A DNA stretch of 64,000 nt from Ignavibacteriota bacterium (GTDB taxonomy: Bacteria > Bacteroidota > Ignavibacteria > UBA10030). Where the stretch lies: contig CAVYML010000009.1 in the NCBI GenBank assembly GCA_963769605.1, positions 1,419,041 through 1,483,040 on the forward strand, written 5' to 3'. The position numbers and the translations under genes are program-made. The notes below the pieces were generated by a model. It saw only the letters and a program-made list of their open reading frames with translations. It searched no databases and was not told where the DNA came from. This document shows, piece after piece, positions 9,216 through 17,584 of this stretch. Numbering within the stretch: position 1 is the first letter of the stretch; each line of letters starts with the position of its first letter.

Positions 9216-10430
9216 GTGGATATAATGAATAGTAATCTGCCGAAACAGTGGAAGGTCTTAAAGCTTGGATATCTATGCAAAACAGCGACTGGTGGGACTC
9301 CTAGAAGAAATAATCCGAATTATTACACTGGCAAAATTCCTTGGGTAAAGTCTGGTGAACTTGATTATAATACGATTTTAGACACAGAGGAAAAGATAAC
9401 CAAAGATGCGATAGAGAACTCCAATGCAAAGCTATTTCCCAAAGGGTCAATACTCATAGCACTATATGGAGCTACCATCGGAAAACTGGCTATTCTCGGA
9501 ATAAATGCTACGACAAACCAAGCAATATGCGCTATATATAAAAGCGCATCTATAGAATCGAAATACCTATTTCATTTTCTTTTCTCGAAGAAACAATTCC
9601 TTGTCAAACAAAGCTTTGGCGGGGCACAACCGAATATAAGCCAAACGATACTAAGAAATCTGGATGTTCCTCTTCCACCACTTCCAGAACAACACCGCAT
9701 CGTTGCCAAAATAGAAGAACTCATTAGTGATTTGGATAAAGGAGTCGAGAGCTTAAAGACCGCACAGCAGCAGCTCAAGACCTACCGCCAGTCCGTGCTC
9801 AAATGGGCGTTTGAAGGCCACTTCACAAATAAGAACATGAAGGAAGGCGAATTGCCGGAGGGATGGAAGTGGGTGAAATTTGGTGACGTTCATGATATTA
9901 AATCAAACCTCGTAGATTCGTTAAAATATTTAGACATGCCCCATATTGCCCCTGATAATATATCCAAAGGAATTGCAAAATTATTAGGTTATAGAACTAT
10001 CAGAGAAGATAAAGTGATCAGTGCAAATCATAAATTTTTTAAAGGTCAAATAGTATATTCAAAAATTCGCCCTAATCTGACAAAAGTTATTATCGCTCCT
10101 ATCGATGGATTATGTAGTGCCGATATGTATCCGATTGATTCCAAGTATAATAATCGATATACGCTTTATTATATGTTGACTAATTCATTTGTTAAGATTG
10201 CATCAAATACTGAATCGCGAACTATTCTTCCAAAAATTAATCAAAAGGGATTAAATGCAATTCCTTTTCCTCTTTGTCCACAAGAAGAGCAAAACCAGAT
10301 TGTCCAAGAAATCGAAAGTCGTTTAAGTGTCTGCGATAAATTAGAAGAGACCATCACAGCAAACTTGCAGCAATGCGAGTCGCTGCGGCAAAGCATATTG
10401 AAGAAGGCGTTTGAAGGAAGGTTAACATAA
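9216..10430 (+). CDS. hsdS: Type I restriction-modification specificity subunit (HsdS)
   Basis: Two target-recognition domains are separated by the conserved central repeat (LPPLPEQHRIVAKIEELISDLDKG...VLKWAFEG) and the C-terminal repeat (CPQEEQNQIVQEIESRLSVCDKLEE...ILKKAFEGRL). The N-terminus is KLGYLCKTATGGTPRRNNPNYY. Confidence 0.9.
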   Translation: MDIMNSNLPKQWKVLKLGYLCKTATGGTPRRNNPNYYTGKIPWVKSGELDYNTILDTEEKITKDAIENSNAKLFPKGSILIALYGATIGKLAILGINATTNQAICAIYKSASIESKYLFHFLFSKKQFLVKQSFGGAQPNISQTILRNLDVPLPPLPEQHRIVAKIEELISDLDKGVESLKTAQQQLKTYRQSVLKWAFEGHFTNKNMKEGELPEGWKWVKFGDVHDIKSNLVDSLKYLDMPHIAPDNISKGIAKLLGYRTIREDKVISANHKFFKGQIVYSKIRPNLTKVIIAPIDGLCSADMYPIDSKYNNRYTLYYMLTNSFVKIASNTESRTILPKINQKGLNAIPFPLCPQEEQNQIVQEIESRLSVCDKLEETITANLQQCESLRQSILKKAFEGRLT

Positions 10431-10447
10431 ATAAAGGATAAAATACT

Positions 10448-12229
10448 ATGAATATAGCACCTCATAGATTAAGCATAGCTCAATTATTTGCGAGTAATAA
10501 CGAACAATTTATTGTTCCATCGTATCAGCGAAGATATGCATGGGGATACAATCAAACAGCAGCACTGTTTGATGATATAGCAATGTTAAAAAAAGAAGAC
10601 GGACATTTATTAGGAATGATTATATTGCATTGCGAAACGCATAGCGGAGATCTTAACAGACCGGAATTAGTTGATGGCCAACAACGGCTGACAACCCTCG
10701 CAATACTATTAAAAGCAATGCAATCGAGGTTCTTAGAATTAGAGAATATGGACAAAGTCTCTGATATAGAAAAAATGCTTACTTGTCATGGTCTCGATGA
10801 GAAAAAACTCCCAAAGTTGGAACTTGGTGATCTTGATCATGATGATTTAAACACACTACTTTCAAATGACCGGACAAAGGAATTCACTAACCATAATATT
10901 AAAGAAGCATACGATAATTTTAAGAATAGGATTGATGTTTTAAAAAACGATGAGTTACAAAAATATTTTTTCTCTTTAACAAATGTGGCAGTTATTATTC
11001 GCCTTGACGTGGAAAAAGCGCAAGATGCATATAAACTTTTTGAAACAATCAATAACCGTGGATTAAGACTATCTCCAACTGATATCATTAAAAATTTCCT
11101 CCTTGGACATGCAGCTAAACTTGAACCAGAGATATTCGTAAAAACGAAATCTTTATGGTCATCGATAATTACGAATCTGGACGGTATTGATTCGGACGAT
11201 TTCCTTAGGCAGTATCTCTGCTCATTATTAGTAAGGAAAGTAAGTTCATCTCAAATGGTGTATGAATTCAAAAAATATTATTTCAAACATATAAAAGATG
11301 CTGATAAACTTGGCGAATTTAGCTATTACGTTGATGAAAAAGTGCTAAATGATGAAGAGGAAACGAATGGGGAAGAATTAACGTCCGAACAAGAAATAGA
11401 TAACGGAAAAGATTCCCAAATAACTATTATAGAGTTCCTACAGAAAATCGAAGAGATTTCAAAAGTTTATAGAAAGATATCGTTAGAAGAATATGAAGAA
11501 GAAAAAGTAAATAGGCATATCAAATATTTAAACAAGATACTTTCAAGACCTACCTATATATTCCTTATGCATTTTTTGCAAAAAAACTTATCTGAAAGCA
11601 TAAAAGTCGAAGTTCTAAAAGTCCTTGAAGCATTTATGCTGCGCCGCCACATTTGCGAAAAAAGGACTGGCGAACTAGACGATATATTCTCAAAAACAAT
11701 GAAGATTATTGAATCAACAGATATTGTAGGTGATTTGCGCAAACAACTTGCTCCCGATGTTCCATCAGATGAAGCATTTAAAAATAGCTTTCCATTGCAT
11801 GTGTTTAAAGGGAAGTTAATCGATCGAGCAAAATATGTACTAGAGCAAATAGAATATCACGTAAATGGAAATACGGGAGAGCTGATCGTCGCCAGCAGTT
11901 CAGAGGTAGAGCTCGAACATGTGATACCACAAACAATATCAACTAAAAGATCCAAGGAAGAATATGGAGATTGGGAAGAATATCTAGGTCCTAATAGTTT
12001 ACAGCTTCATGAGAAATTTATTAACCTCATTGGAAATATGACACTATTGGCAGATGCATTAAACATTCAGGCCTATAACAACCCGTTTGCAAAGAAGAAG
12101 AACAGCTATAAAAAATCAAATTTTGTAATTACAAATGAGTTAGCAAAATTATCTAATTTTAGGTTTCCCAATGTGTCTAAGAGGGGTCAAGCATTAGCGG
12201 AAAAAGCAACAAAGATTTGGAAGGTTTAA
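10448..12229 (+). CDS. DUF262/DUF1524 protein; GmrSD-like modification-dependent (type IV) restriction endonuclease family
   Basis: The N-terminal DUF262 domain has the DGQQR motif (VDGQQRLTTL). The C-terminal DUF1524/His-Me finger-like region has ELEHVIPQ. 593 aa. Confidence 0.75.
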   Translation: MNIAPHRLSIAQLFASNNEQFIVPSYQRRYAWGYNQTAALFDDIAMLKKEDGHLLGMIILHCETHSGDLNRPELVDGQQRLTTLAILLKAMQSRFLELENMDKVSDIEKMLTCHGLDEKKLPKLELGDLDHDDLNTLLSNDRTKEFTNHNIKEAYDNFKNRIDVLKNDELQKYFFSLTNVAVIIRLDVEKAQDAYKLFETINNRGLRLSPTDIIKNFLLGHAAKLEPEIFVKTKSLWSSIITNLDGIDSDDFLRQYLCSLLVRKVSSSQMVYEFKKYYFKHIKDADKLGEFSYYVDEKVLNDEEETNGEELTSEQEIDNGKDSQITIIEFLQKIEEISKVYRKISLEEYEEEKVNRHIKYLNKILSRPTYIFLMHFLQKNLSESIKVEVLKVLEAFMLRRHICEKRTGELDDIFSKTMKIIESTDIVGDLRKQLAPDVPSDEAFKNSFPLHVFKGKLIDRAKYVLEQIEYHVNGNTGELIVASSSEVELEHVIPQTISTKRSKEEYGDWEEYLGPNSLQLHEKFINLIGNMTLLADALNIQAYNNPFAKKKNSYKKSNFVITNELAKLSNFRFPNVSKRGQALAEKATKIWKV

Positions 12230-12234
12230 TGTGA

Positions 12235-12572
12235 GCGACGAAACAATATCAACTATATAGCATTGTCTCCAAAATCTGGTGGTTCTGTAATACACTCCAT
12301 AAAACAAGGAAACGTCATTGTGAGAAATGAGGACATCGACGATGGACGAATGACGAAGCAATCTGATAATCAATGAAGAGATTGCCACGCAACCTAATGG
12401 TCGCTTGCAATGACGGAGCAAGAGAGAGATTGCTTCGCTGCGCTTGCAATGACGAAGTAAGTCGGCATCGTCCTGACGATAGAAAGAAAATATAAGCAAC
12501 GAAACAACATCAACCAATATCATCATCTCCAAAGTCTGGTCGTTTTGCAATACACTCCGCGATGACGGTGTA
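12235..12572. repeat. Structured intergenic region with two extra copies of the hsdM 5' end (12235-12300 degenerate; 12495-12570 near-identical) and internal inverted repeats (CGAAGCAATCT / AGATTGCTTCG; GCAATGACG x3)
   Basis: Direct comparison with 14121..14192, the real hsdM start. The 12516-12570 copy translates to IIISKVWSFCNTLRDDGV. HsdM begins MSVNNSTNSIISKVWSFCNTLRDDGV. Confidence 0.85.
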
Positions 12573-12583
12573 GAAATTAAGCA

Positions 12584-14119
12584 ATGAGTATCGAACAGGT
12601 AAAAAAGTTGTTAAAACAAAAGGAAAGTGTTCGGCTGGAATTCAAGGAGGCCGAAAACGCTTTGCCGTCTAATTTATTCGAATCAATCTGTTCAATGCTC
12701 AATCACGACGGCGGTGATATTCTCTTGGGCGTAAATAATCATGGAGGAGTCGTGGGCGTTAATCCTGCCGCGGTTGATCGGTTGAAGACAGATATTGTAA
12801 ATCTTTCCAATAATCCTCAAAAGCTCGACCCGCCGAATATATTGTTTCCTCTGGTTTATACCGCTGGTGGAAAAAAGGTTATTCATATTCAAATACCCGC
12901 GAGTTCGCAGGTTCATAAGTCCGACCACGATGTATTCGATAGGAGCAATGATGGCGATTATCGCGTTAAGCAGCCGCAGCAAATAGCAGAGATTTATAAT
13001 CGCAAACGCTTACATTATACAGAAGGAATTATTTATCCCTATGTAAAGTTTTCCGATTTTAAGGCGGATCTTTTCCCGAAAGTCCGTAATCTAATAAAAA
13101 GCAATGAAGCCAACCATCCATGGCTTTCTTTGGCCGATCAAGAAATGTTGGAAAAGGCAGGATTGTGGAAAAAGGATTATCAATCCGGAAAAGAAGGATA
13201 TACGCTTGCCGCGGCATTGTTGTTTGGAAAAGATGAAGTCATTCAGCAGATTGTGCCTCATTATAAAACCGATGCCATACTTCGAATAAAAAATAAAGCT
13301 CGATATGATGATCGGGAATATGTCCAGACAAATCTTATCGAATCGTATGAAAAGCTCATGGCGTTTGTTGCCAAGCATTTGCCGGATAAATTCTATAAAG
13401 AGGGGAATCAACGCAGGAGCCTTCGCACTGCCATATTTCATGAAATAGTCTCCAATATCATCGTTCATCGTGAATATACCAATGCCTATCCGGCGACGAT
13501 GATTATCCACCCGGATCGTGTTGAGACCGAGAACGCCAATAACCCAAACGGTCATGGACCGATTATTCTGGGAACATTTACACCTTTTCCTAAAAATCCG
13601 ACGATTGCAAAATTCTTTATTCAATTGGGACTTGTCGAAGAATTGGGATCGGGTTTTATCAATGTGAATCGTCTTATTAAAGAATATGGCGACAAGGGTT
13701 CGCCTCAATTTATTGAAGGAAATACATTCAAAATGGTGATTCCGATAAGCCAAGCACTGATGATGAAACATGCCGGTATTGCCATTCCTATTCCTGGCGA
13801 TGGCGATGAAAGTAAGGGTGCAATTGAGGGAATAAGTGATGCTGTAAATGATGCTGTAAATGATGCTGTAAATGATGCTGTAAATGATGCTGTAAGTGAT
13901 GCTGTAAAAAATCGTCTTAGGGAAGAAGTAATAAGGATCCATACAAACGGCAAGGTGCGACTACCGGAGATTATCGAAATATTTAAAATAAAAAGAGCAA
14001 CAGCACAGAGAGACATGACAACCTTAAAAGAAGCAGGAATTGTCGAGTTTAAGGGATCGCCTAAAAATGGCGGCTATTATCTAACAAAAATGGCAACAAA
14101 GAAGCTGCAAAAATTATGA
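12584..14119 (+). CDS. AlbA_2 (divergent AAA / Schlafen-like DNA-binding) domain protein with a C-terminal ATPase-like region and wHTH; putative defence-associated regulator or sensor
   Basis: The N-terminus (KESVRLEFKEAENALPSNLFESICSMLNHDGGDILLGV) is typical of the PF04326 AlbA_2 domain. The C-terminal segment is HTH-like. It contains an in-frame DAVN x6 repeat. Its stop overlaps the hsdM start. Confidence 0.65.
   Translation: MSIEQVKKLLKQKESVRLEFKEAENALPSNLFESICSMLNHDGGDILLGVNNHGGVVGVNPAAVDRLKTDIVNLSNNPQKLDPPNILFPLVYTAGGKKVIHIQIPASSQVHKSDHDVFDRSNDGDYRVKQPQQIAEIYNRKRLHYTEGIIYPYVKFSDFKADLFPKVRNLIKSNEANHPWLSLADQEMLEKAGLWKKDYQSGKEGYTLAAALLFGKDEVIQQIVPHYKTDAILRIKNKARYDDREYVQTNLIESYEKLMAFVAKHLPDKFYKEGNQRRSLRTAIFHEIVSNIIVHREYTNAYPATMIIHPDRVETENANNPNGHGPIILGTFTPFPKNPTIAKFFIQLGLVEELGSGFINVNRLIKEYGDKGSPQFIEGNTFKMVIPISQALMMKHAGIAIPIPGDGDESKGAIEGISDAVNDAVNDAVNDAVNDAVSDAVKNRLREEVIRIHTNGKVRLPEIIEIFKIKRATAQRDMTTLKEAGIVEFKGSPKNGGYYLTKMATKKLQKL
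13837..13908 (+). repeat. Perfect 12-bp tandem repeat GATGCTGTAAAT, 4 copies plus 2 variants, encoding DAVN-DAVN-DAVN-DAVN-DAVS-DAVK
   Basis: Read directly from the sequence. It is in-frame inside CDS 12584..14119. Confidence 0.95.
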
Positions 14120-15612
14120 GTGTGAACAATTCAACAAACAGCATCATCTCCAAAGTCTGGTCGTTTTGCAACACACTCCGCGATGACGGCGTGGGGTACG
14201 GCGATTACTTAGAACAGCTTACATATCTGCTCTTTCTCAAAATGGCAGACGAGCTTGGCAAGCCGCCATATAACAAAAAGCTGCCTATCCCCAAAGAGTA
14301 TAACTGGGAAAGCTTAAAGAGCAAAAATGGCTCCGAGCTGGAAGCGCAGTATACAACCCTACTGCGCGAGCTTGGCAAACAAAAAGGAATGCTCGGGCAA
14401 ATCTTTACCAAGAGCCAGAATAAAATCCAGGACCCGGCAAAACTCTTTAAGCTCATCGATTTGATCGATAAAGAGCAATGGAATGTAATGGGCGCCGATG
14501 TGAAAGGCGAAATCTACGAAGGGCTGTTAGAGAAAAATGCGGAAGATACCAAGAGCGGGGCGGGACAGTATTTTACACCGCGCGCGCTTATCAAAGTAAT
14601 GGTGGAATGTCTGCGACCCGAACCGAACAAGAAGATCATCGATCCGGCATGCGGTACCGGCGGCTTCTTCTTAACGGCATACGATTACATACTTGCCAAT
14701 CACGAATTGGATAAAGGACAAAAGACATTCCTGAAGTATAAGACTTTCTTTGGCAATGAGATCGTTGCCAATACGCGCCGGCTATGCCTGATGAATCTCT
14801 TTTTGCATAACATCGGCGACATCGAAAGCGAATCGACCATCTCTCCGAACGACTCGCTTATTGCCGATAACAGCGAACGCTACGATTATGTGCTGACAAA
14901 TCCTCCGTTTGGTAAAAAGAGCAGCATGACATTTACGAACGAAGAGGGAGAGCAGGAAAAAGAAGATTTAACCTATAACCGTCAGGACTTTTGGGCAACG
15001 ACGAGCAACAAACAGCTCAACTTTGTGCAGCATATCCATACTATTTTAAAGACAACCGGATTAGCGGCGGTTGTTGTGCCGGATAACGTACTGTTTGAAG
15101 GAGGCGCGGGAGAGACTGTCCGGAAGAAATTATTGGAAACGACAGACCTGCATACCATTTTGCGTCTGCCGACAGGAATTTTTTATGCAAATGGCGTGAA
15201 GGCAAATGTGATATTCTTTGATGCGAAACCTGCCTCCAAAGAACCGTGGACAAAGGAACTCTGGTATTACGATTACAGAACCAATGTGCATCACACGCTC
15301 AAGAAAAGCACATTGAAACAAAGCGACCTGAAAGAATTTGTCGAATGCTACAATCCAAAAAACCCTAACAAGCGGAAAGAGTTATACAACGAGAAAACGA
15401 ACCCCGAAGGCCGCTGGCGGAAATTTACATACGAAGAAATCATCAGCAGAGACAAGACCAGCTTAGACATTACGTGGTTAAAAGATAAATCCTTAGCCGA
15501 TCTGGACAACCTGCCCGATCCTGATGTCCTTGCTGCGGACATAGTCGAGAATCTGGAAGCGGGGCTGGAGAGTTTTAAAGAAATCATAGCATCATTGAAT
15601 GGGAAAGGGTAA
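14116..15612 (+). CDS. hsdM: Type I restriction-modification DNA methyltransferase subunit (HsdM), N6-adenine
   Basis: Motif I is IDPACGTGGFF and motif IV is LTNPPFGKK. The HsdM_N-like N-terminus is SKVWSFCNTLRDDGVGYGDYLEQLTYLLFLKM. 498 aa. Confidence 0.92.
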   Translation: MSVNNSTNSIISKVWSFCNTLRDDGVGYGDYLEQLTYLLFLKMADELGKPPYNKKLPIPKEYNWESLKSKNGSELEAQYTTLLRELGKQKGMLGQIFTKSQNKIQDPAKLFKLIDLIDKEQWNVMGADVKGEIYEGLLEKNAEDTKSGAGQYFTPRALIKVMVECLRPEPNKKIIDPACGTGGFFLTAYDYILANHELDKGQKTFLKYKTFFGNEIVANTRRLCLMNLFLHNIGDIESESTISPNDSLIADNSERYDYVLTNPPFGKKSSMTFTNEEGEQEKEDLTYNRQDFWATTSNKQLNFVQHIHTILKTTGLAAVVVPDNVLFEGGAGETVRKKLLETTDLHTILRLPTGIFYANGVKANVIFFDAKPASKEPWTKELWYYDYRTNVHHTLKKSTLKQSDLKEFVECYNPKNPNKRKELYNEKTNPEGRWRKFTYEEIISRDKTSLDITWLKDKSLADLDNLPDPDVLAADIVENLEAGLESFKEIIASLNGKG

Positions 15613-15791
15613 TATCGCAGATAAAAAACAAGCATAAAACCCCTATAAATATTGAAGAATCTTATGTAATGGTTATGTAATTCACACGTGGGGGAACGAT
15701 GTTTTTGTGCAAATATTAGCGGTTTTTATGTGGCAATTATGTATGGGGAGAAATTAATGACCCACCTTGAAAAGGTGTTAAAAAAATAACT

Positions 15792-15918
15792 GTAATTCCT
15801 AACAAATCTTATGGTTTCGAGTGGCACCTTTCCAAGGTGTTATTACAAATTCCCAAATAAATCCAATGGTTATTGAGGATACCTTGGAAAGGTGTCTCCC
15901 GCAATTCTGATGATTCAA
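15792..15918. repeat. Hairpin repeat element, right copy. Arms are 15792-15810 and 15845-15862, with an additional partial arm at 15901-15918
   Basis: CCCACCTTGAAAAGGTGTT ... GCACCTTTCCAAGGTGTT, and TACCTTGGAAAGGTGTCTCC. The interior (TCCTAACAAATCTTATGGTTTCGAG) matches the left copy (TCCCTAACAAATCTGATGGTTTTGAG). Confidence 0.85.
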
Positions 15919-15926
15919 ATGATCAA

Positions 15927-16027
15927 GTGGGGAATATGCTGGCCTTGGGAGTGGGGAATTGTCGTGGCCCCAGGGGTGGGGAATATGGTGGCCCTAATTA
16001 CCCTTTTAGTGGGGAATTATCGTGGCC
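15927..16027. repeat. Array of four 18-19-bp direct repeats GTGGGGAAT(A/T)(T/G)NNNTGGCC, separated by 6-15 bp (iteron-like or arm-site-like)
   Basis: Copies at 15927-15944, 15951-15969, 15976-15993 and 16009-16027, read directly. A further CCCCACCTTGGAAAGGTG copy follows at 16211-16228. Confidence 0.8.
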
Positions 16028-16395
16028 CTTGACAGAGAGGCTCTGGATTAAATTCCGCGACGCACAATTAATTGAGAAGTATAGTCAGGAAGTATCTGTC
16101 GAAAATATAAGCAAGCTTACGACATCTCAATTGATCTTCCTGACCATTTTAACGGATAAAAGATTAAAGGAGCTGCAAGTATCTCTTGAACAATGAGAAA
16201 AATTCAAGTGCCCCACCTTGGAAAGGTGAAAAGAGTGATAATAATTGACAAGATGATTGTAGCCATATTAAAAACGGAAATTATAAATATTCTTCGTCAT
16301 TGGTTAAGATATTATCCGTGGTATTCTCAATTTAAGCTGGATTGGTTGACAACAAGCGGCATAAATAAATAATTAGAGCAATGCATATAATATTG

Positions 16396-16929
16396 CTAAT
16401 AGCAATGAACATATTTTTTTATCTGAGAATTACCCTGATAGATTGGGTCTGAAGGTATTTGCTTGAGAATGTGTATTTCAGATTTGCTCACTAATATATC
16501 AAAGAGTGTATCTTCGCTTAATTGGTAAACATTCAAGATAATTGTGGATATTACTTTAAGAATTAAAGATACATTGTAATCGCATTCTAAGCGCAAATAG
16601 ACGGCTCTTCTTTTTGAGGTTTCAATAATCCTAATCGTAGAAGGGATGTTCTTCTTTTTCAATTCTGTTTGTACTAATTTAAGGAATTCATATTTTCCTT
16701 TTTTTGTGGGGATAAAAATCGACATGCGTTTCCCAACATCGTAATATCTCTCTGTCAGCATGATAACGGTTTTGTTTATATCGATTAGCAAACTCATGTG
16801 CTTTGCCCAGGGAGTTGGCAAAAGAAATTCAATAATCGAAGATTTAATTGAATTTAAAAGCACATTCTTTTTCAATCCTCTATCAAAATGGCGTGATGAA
16901 AATTTGAATATGTTGTAATAAAGATTCAT
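16396..16929 (-). CDS. Hypothetical protein (AT-rich; possible orphan immunity or accessory gene of the RHS locus)
   Basis: An intact 177-aa ORF in a block that looks markedly more AT-rich than its surroundings (16.2-18.2 kb), downstream of and co-oriented with the RHS toxin gene. No recognisable motif. Confidence 0.4.
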   Translation of the reverse strand: MNLYYNIFKFSSRHFDRGLKKNVLLNSIKSSIIEFLLPTPWAKHMSLLIDINKTVIMLTERYYDVGKRMSIFIPTKKGKYEFLKLVQTELKKKNIPSTIRIIETSKRRAVYLRLECDYNVSLILKVISTIILNVYQLSEDTLFDILVSKSEIHILKQIPSDPIYQGNSQIKKYVHCY

Positions 16930-17033
16930 ACTTATGTCAAAATATGCACAACAATCTTTTAAAGGTCTTTTTTATCCTACTCTTATTTCGTAATAAAATA
17001 TGTTCAATAGGCACGTTTTTAAAATAAGATTTC

Positions 17034-17549
17034 TTAAATACTTTGCTCTTCCTGTTTTTCAAATTCAATTGTCATGACTGTTGTCTGAAACAAACGATCA
17101 ACCGCATGCATATAAGCGCCCGTCCGTTTATCCTTGCGAAAATTGCTTGAATAAAAAATAGCATTGACGATAATACCGGCATAGAAGAAACTTGGTAATA
17201 TCATCCATAACAACAAGAGGCAGCAGACAAATTGACGTGCGCATAATTTTAATCTGCCGATTCGATGCCCATGCAAATCTGTAACTCCGATTTTTATTAC
17301 TGCGTCACCTACTCCCGCAAAATTTGCATACAGCGGCAAACCGATTCCCAAAAAGATCGTATACATTCCCCAAAGTGAATATAGTGTCCAAGAAAACAAT
17401 GAAACATCGGGAATAGGATTGAAATTGTATTTACCTGCAACCATTGCGACAGGGGGAAGAAGAATTATAATATCACATAAGAATGCAACAATCCTTTTCC
17501 AGGGTGCTGCAAGCTTTTTACTTTTCCATTGGATGTTACGTGAAGGCAT
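17034..17549 (-). CDS. Small integral membrane protein, RDD-family-like
   Basis: 171 aa with about 3-4 predicted TM helices. The N-terminus (KRIVAFLCDIIILLPP) resembles the RDD family start (RxxAxxIDxxI). Co-oriented and 3' of the RHS gene. Confidence 0.4.
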   Translation of the reverse strand: MPSRNIQWKSKKLAAPWKRIVAFLCDIIILLPPVAMVAGKYNFNPIPDVSLFSWTLYSLWGMYTIFLGIGLPLYANFAGVGDAVIKIGVTDLHGHRIGRLKLCARQFVCCLLLLWMILPSFFYAGIIVNAIFYSSNFRKDKRTGAYMHAVDRLFQTTVMTIEFEKQEEQSI

Positions 17550-17584
17550 AACGACTTGCTCATTTTATAGATTACATGTCTGGA

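Larger units (their letters stand above)
2201..15918. other. Defence genomic island (Fic + type I R-M interrupted by TcmP/Gp37-68, GmrSD-like and AlbA_2 cargo), bounded by hairpin repeat elements
   Basis: The same ~80-bp hairpin element sits at 2201-2283 and at 15792-15862, with a further partial copy at 15901-15918. The defence gene content and the lower-GC tcmP..DUF262 segment (7344-12229) support horizontal origin. No integrase is seen. Confidence 0.5.

Noticed and set aside
13091-13942. 283-aa minus-strand ORF antisense to the AlbA_2 gene, with YSIIYSII repeats
   Set aside because: The peptide repeats are simply the reverse-complement reading of the DAVN 12-bp tandem repeat. It is a shadow ORF.
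15927-16027. Considered a CRISPR array
   Set aside because: The repeats are 18-19 bp with spacers of only 6-15 bp, there are four imperfect copies, and no cas genes are present. This is not CRISPR-like.
15873-16196. 107-aa + strand ORF spanning the iteron-like array
   Set aside because: The N-terminal half is low-complexity Gly-rich sequence generated by the 18-bp direct repeats. There is no RBS or start context and it sits between repeat elements. It is more likely non-coding, though the last ~50 codons could be a gene remnant.
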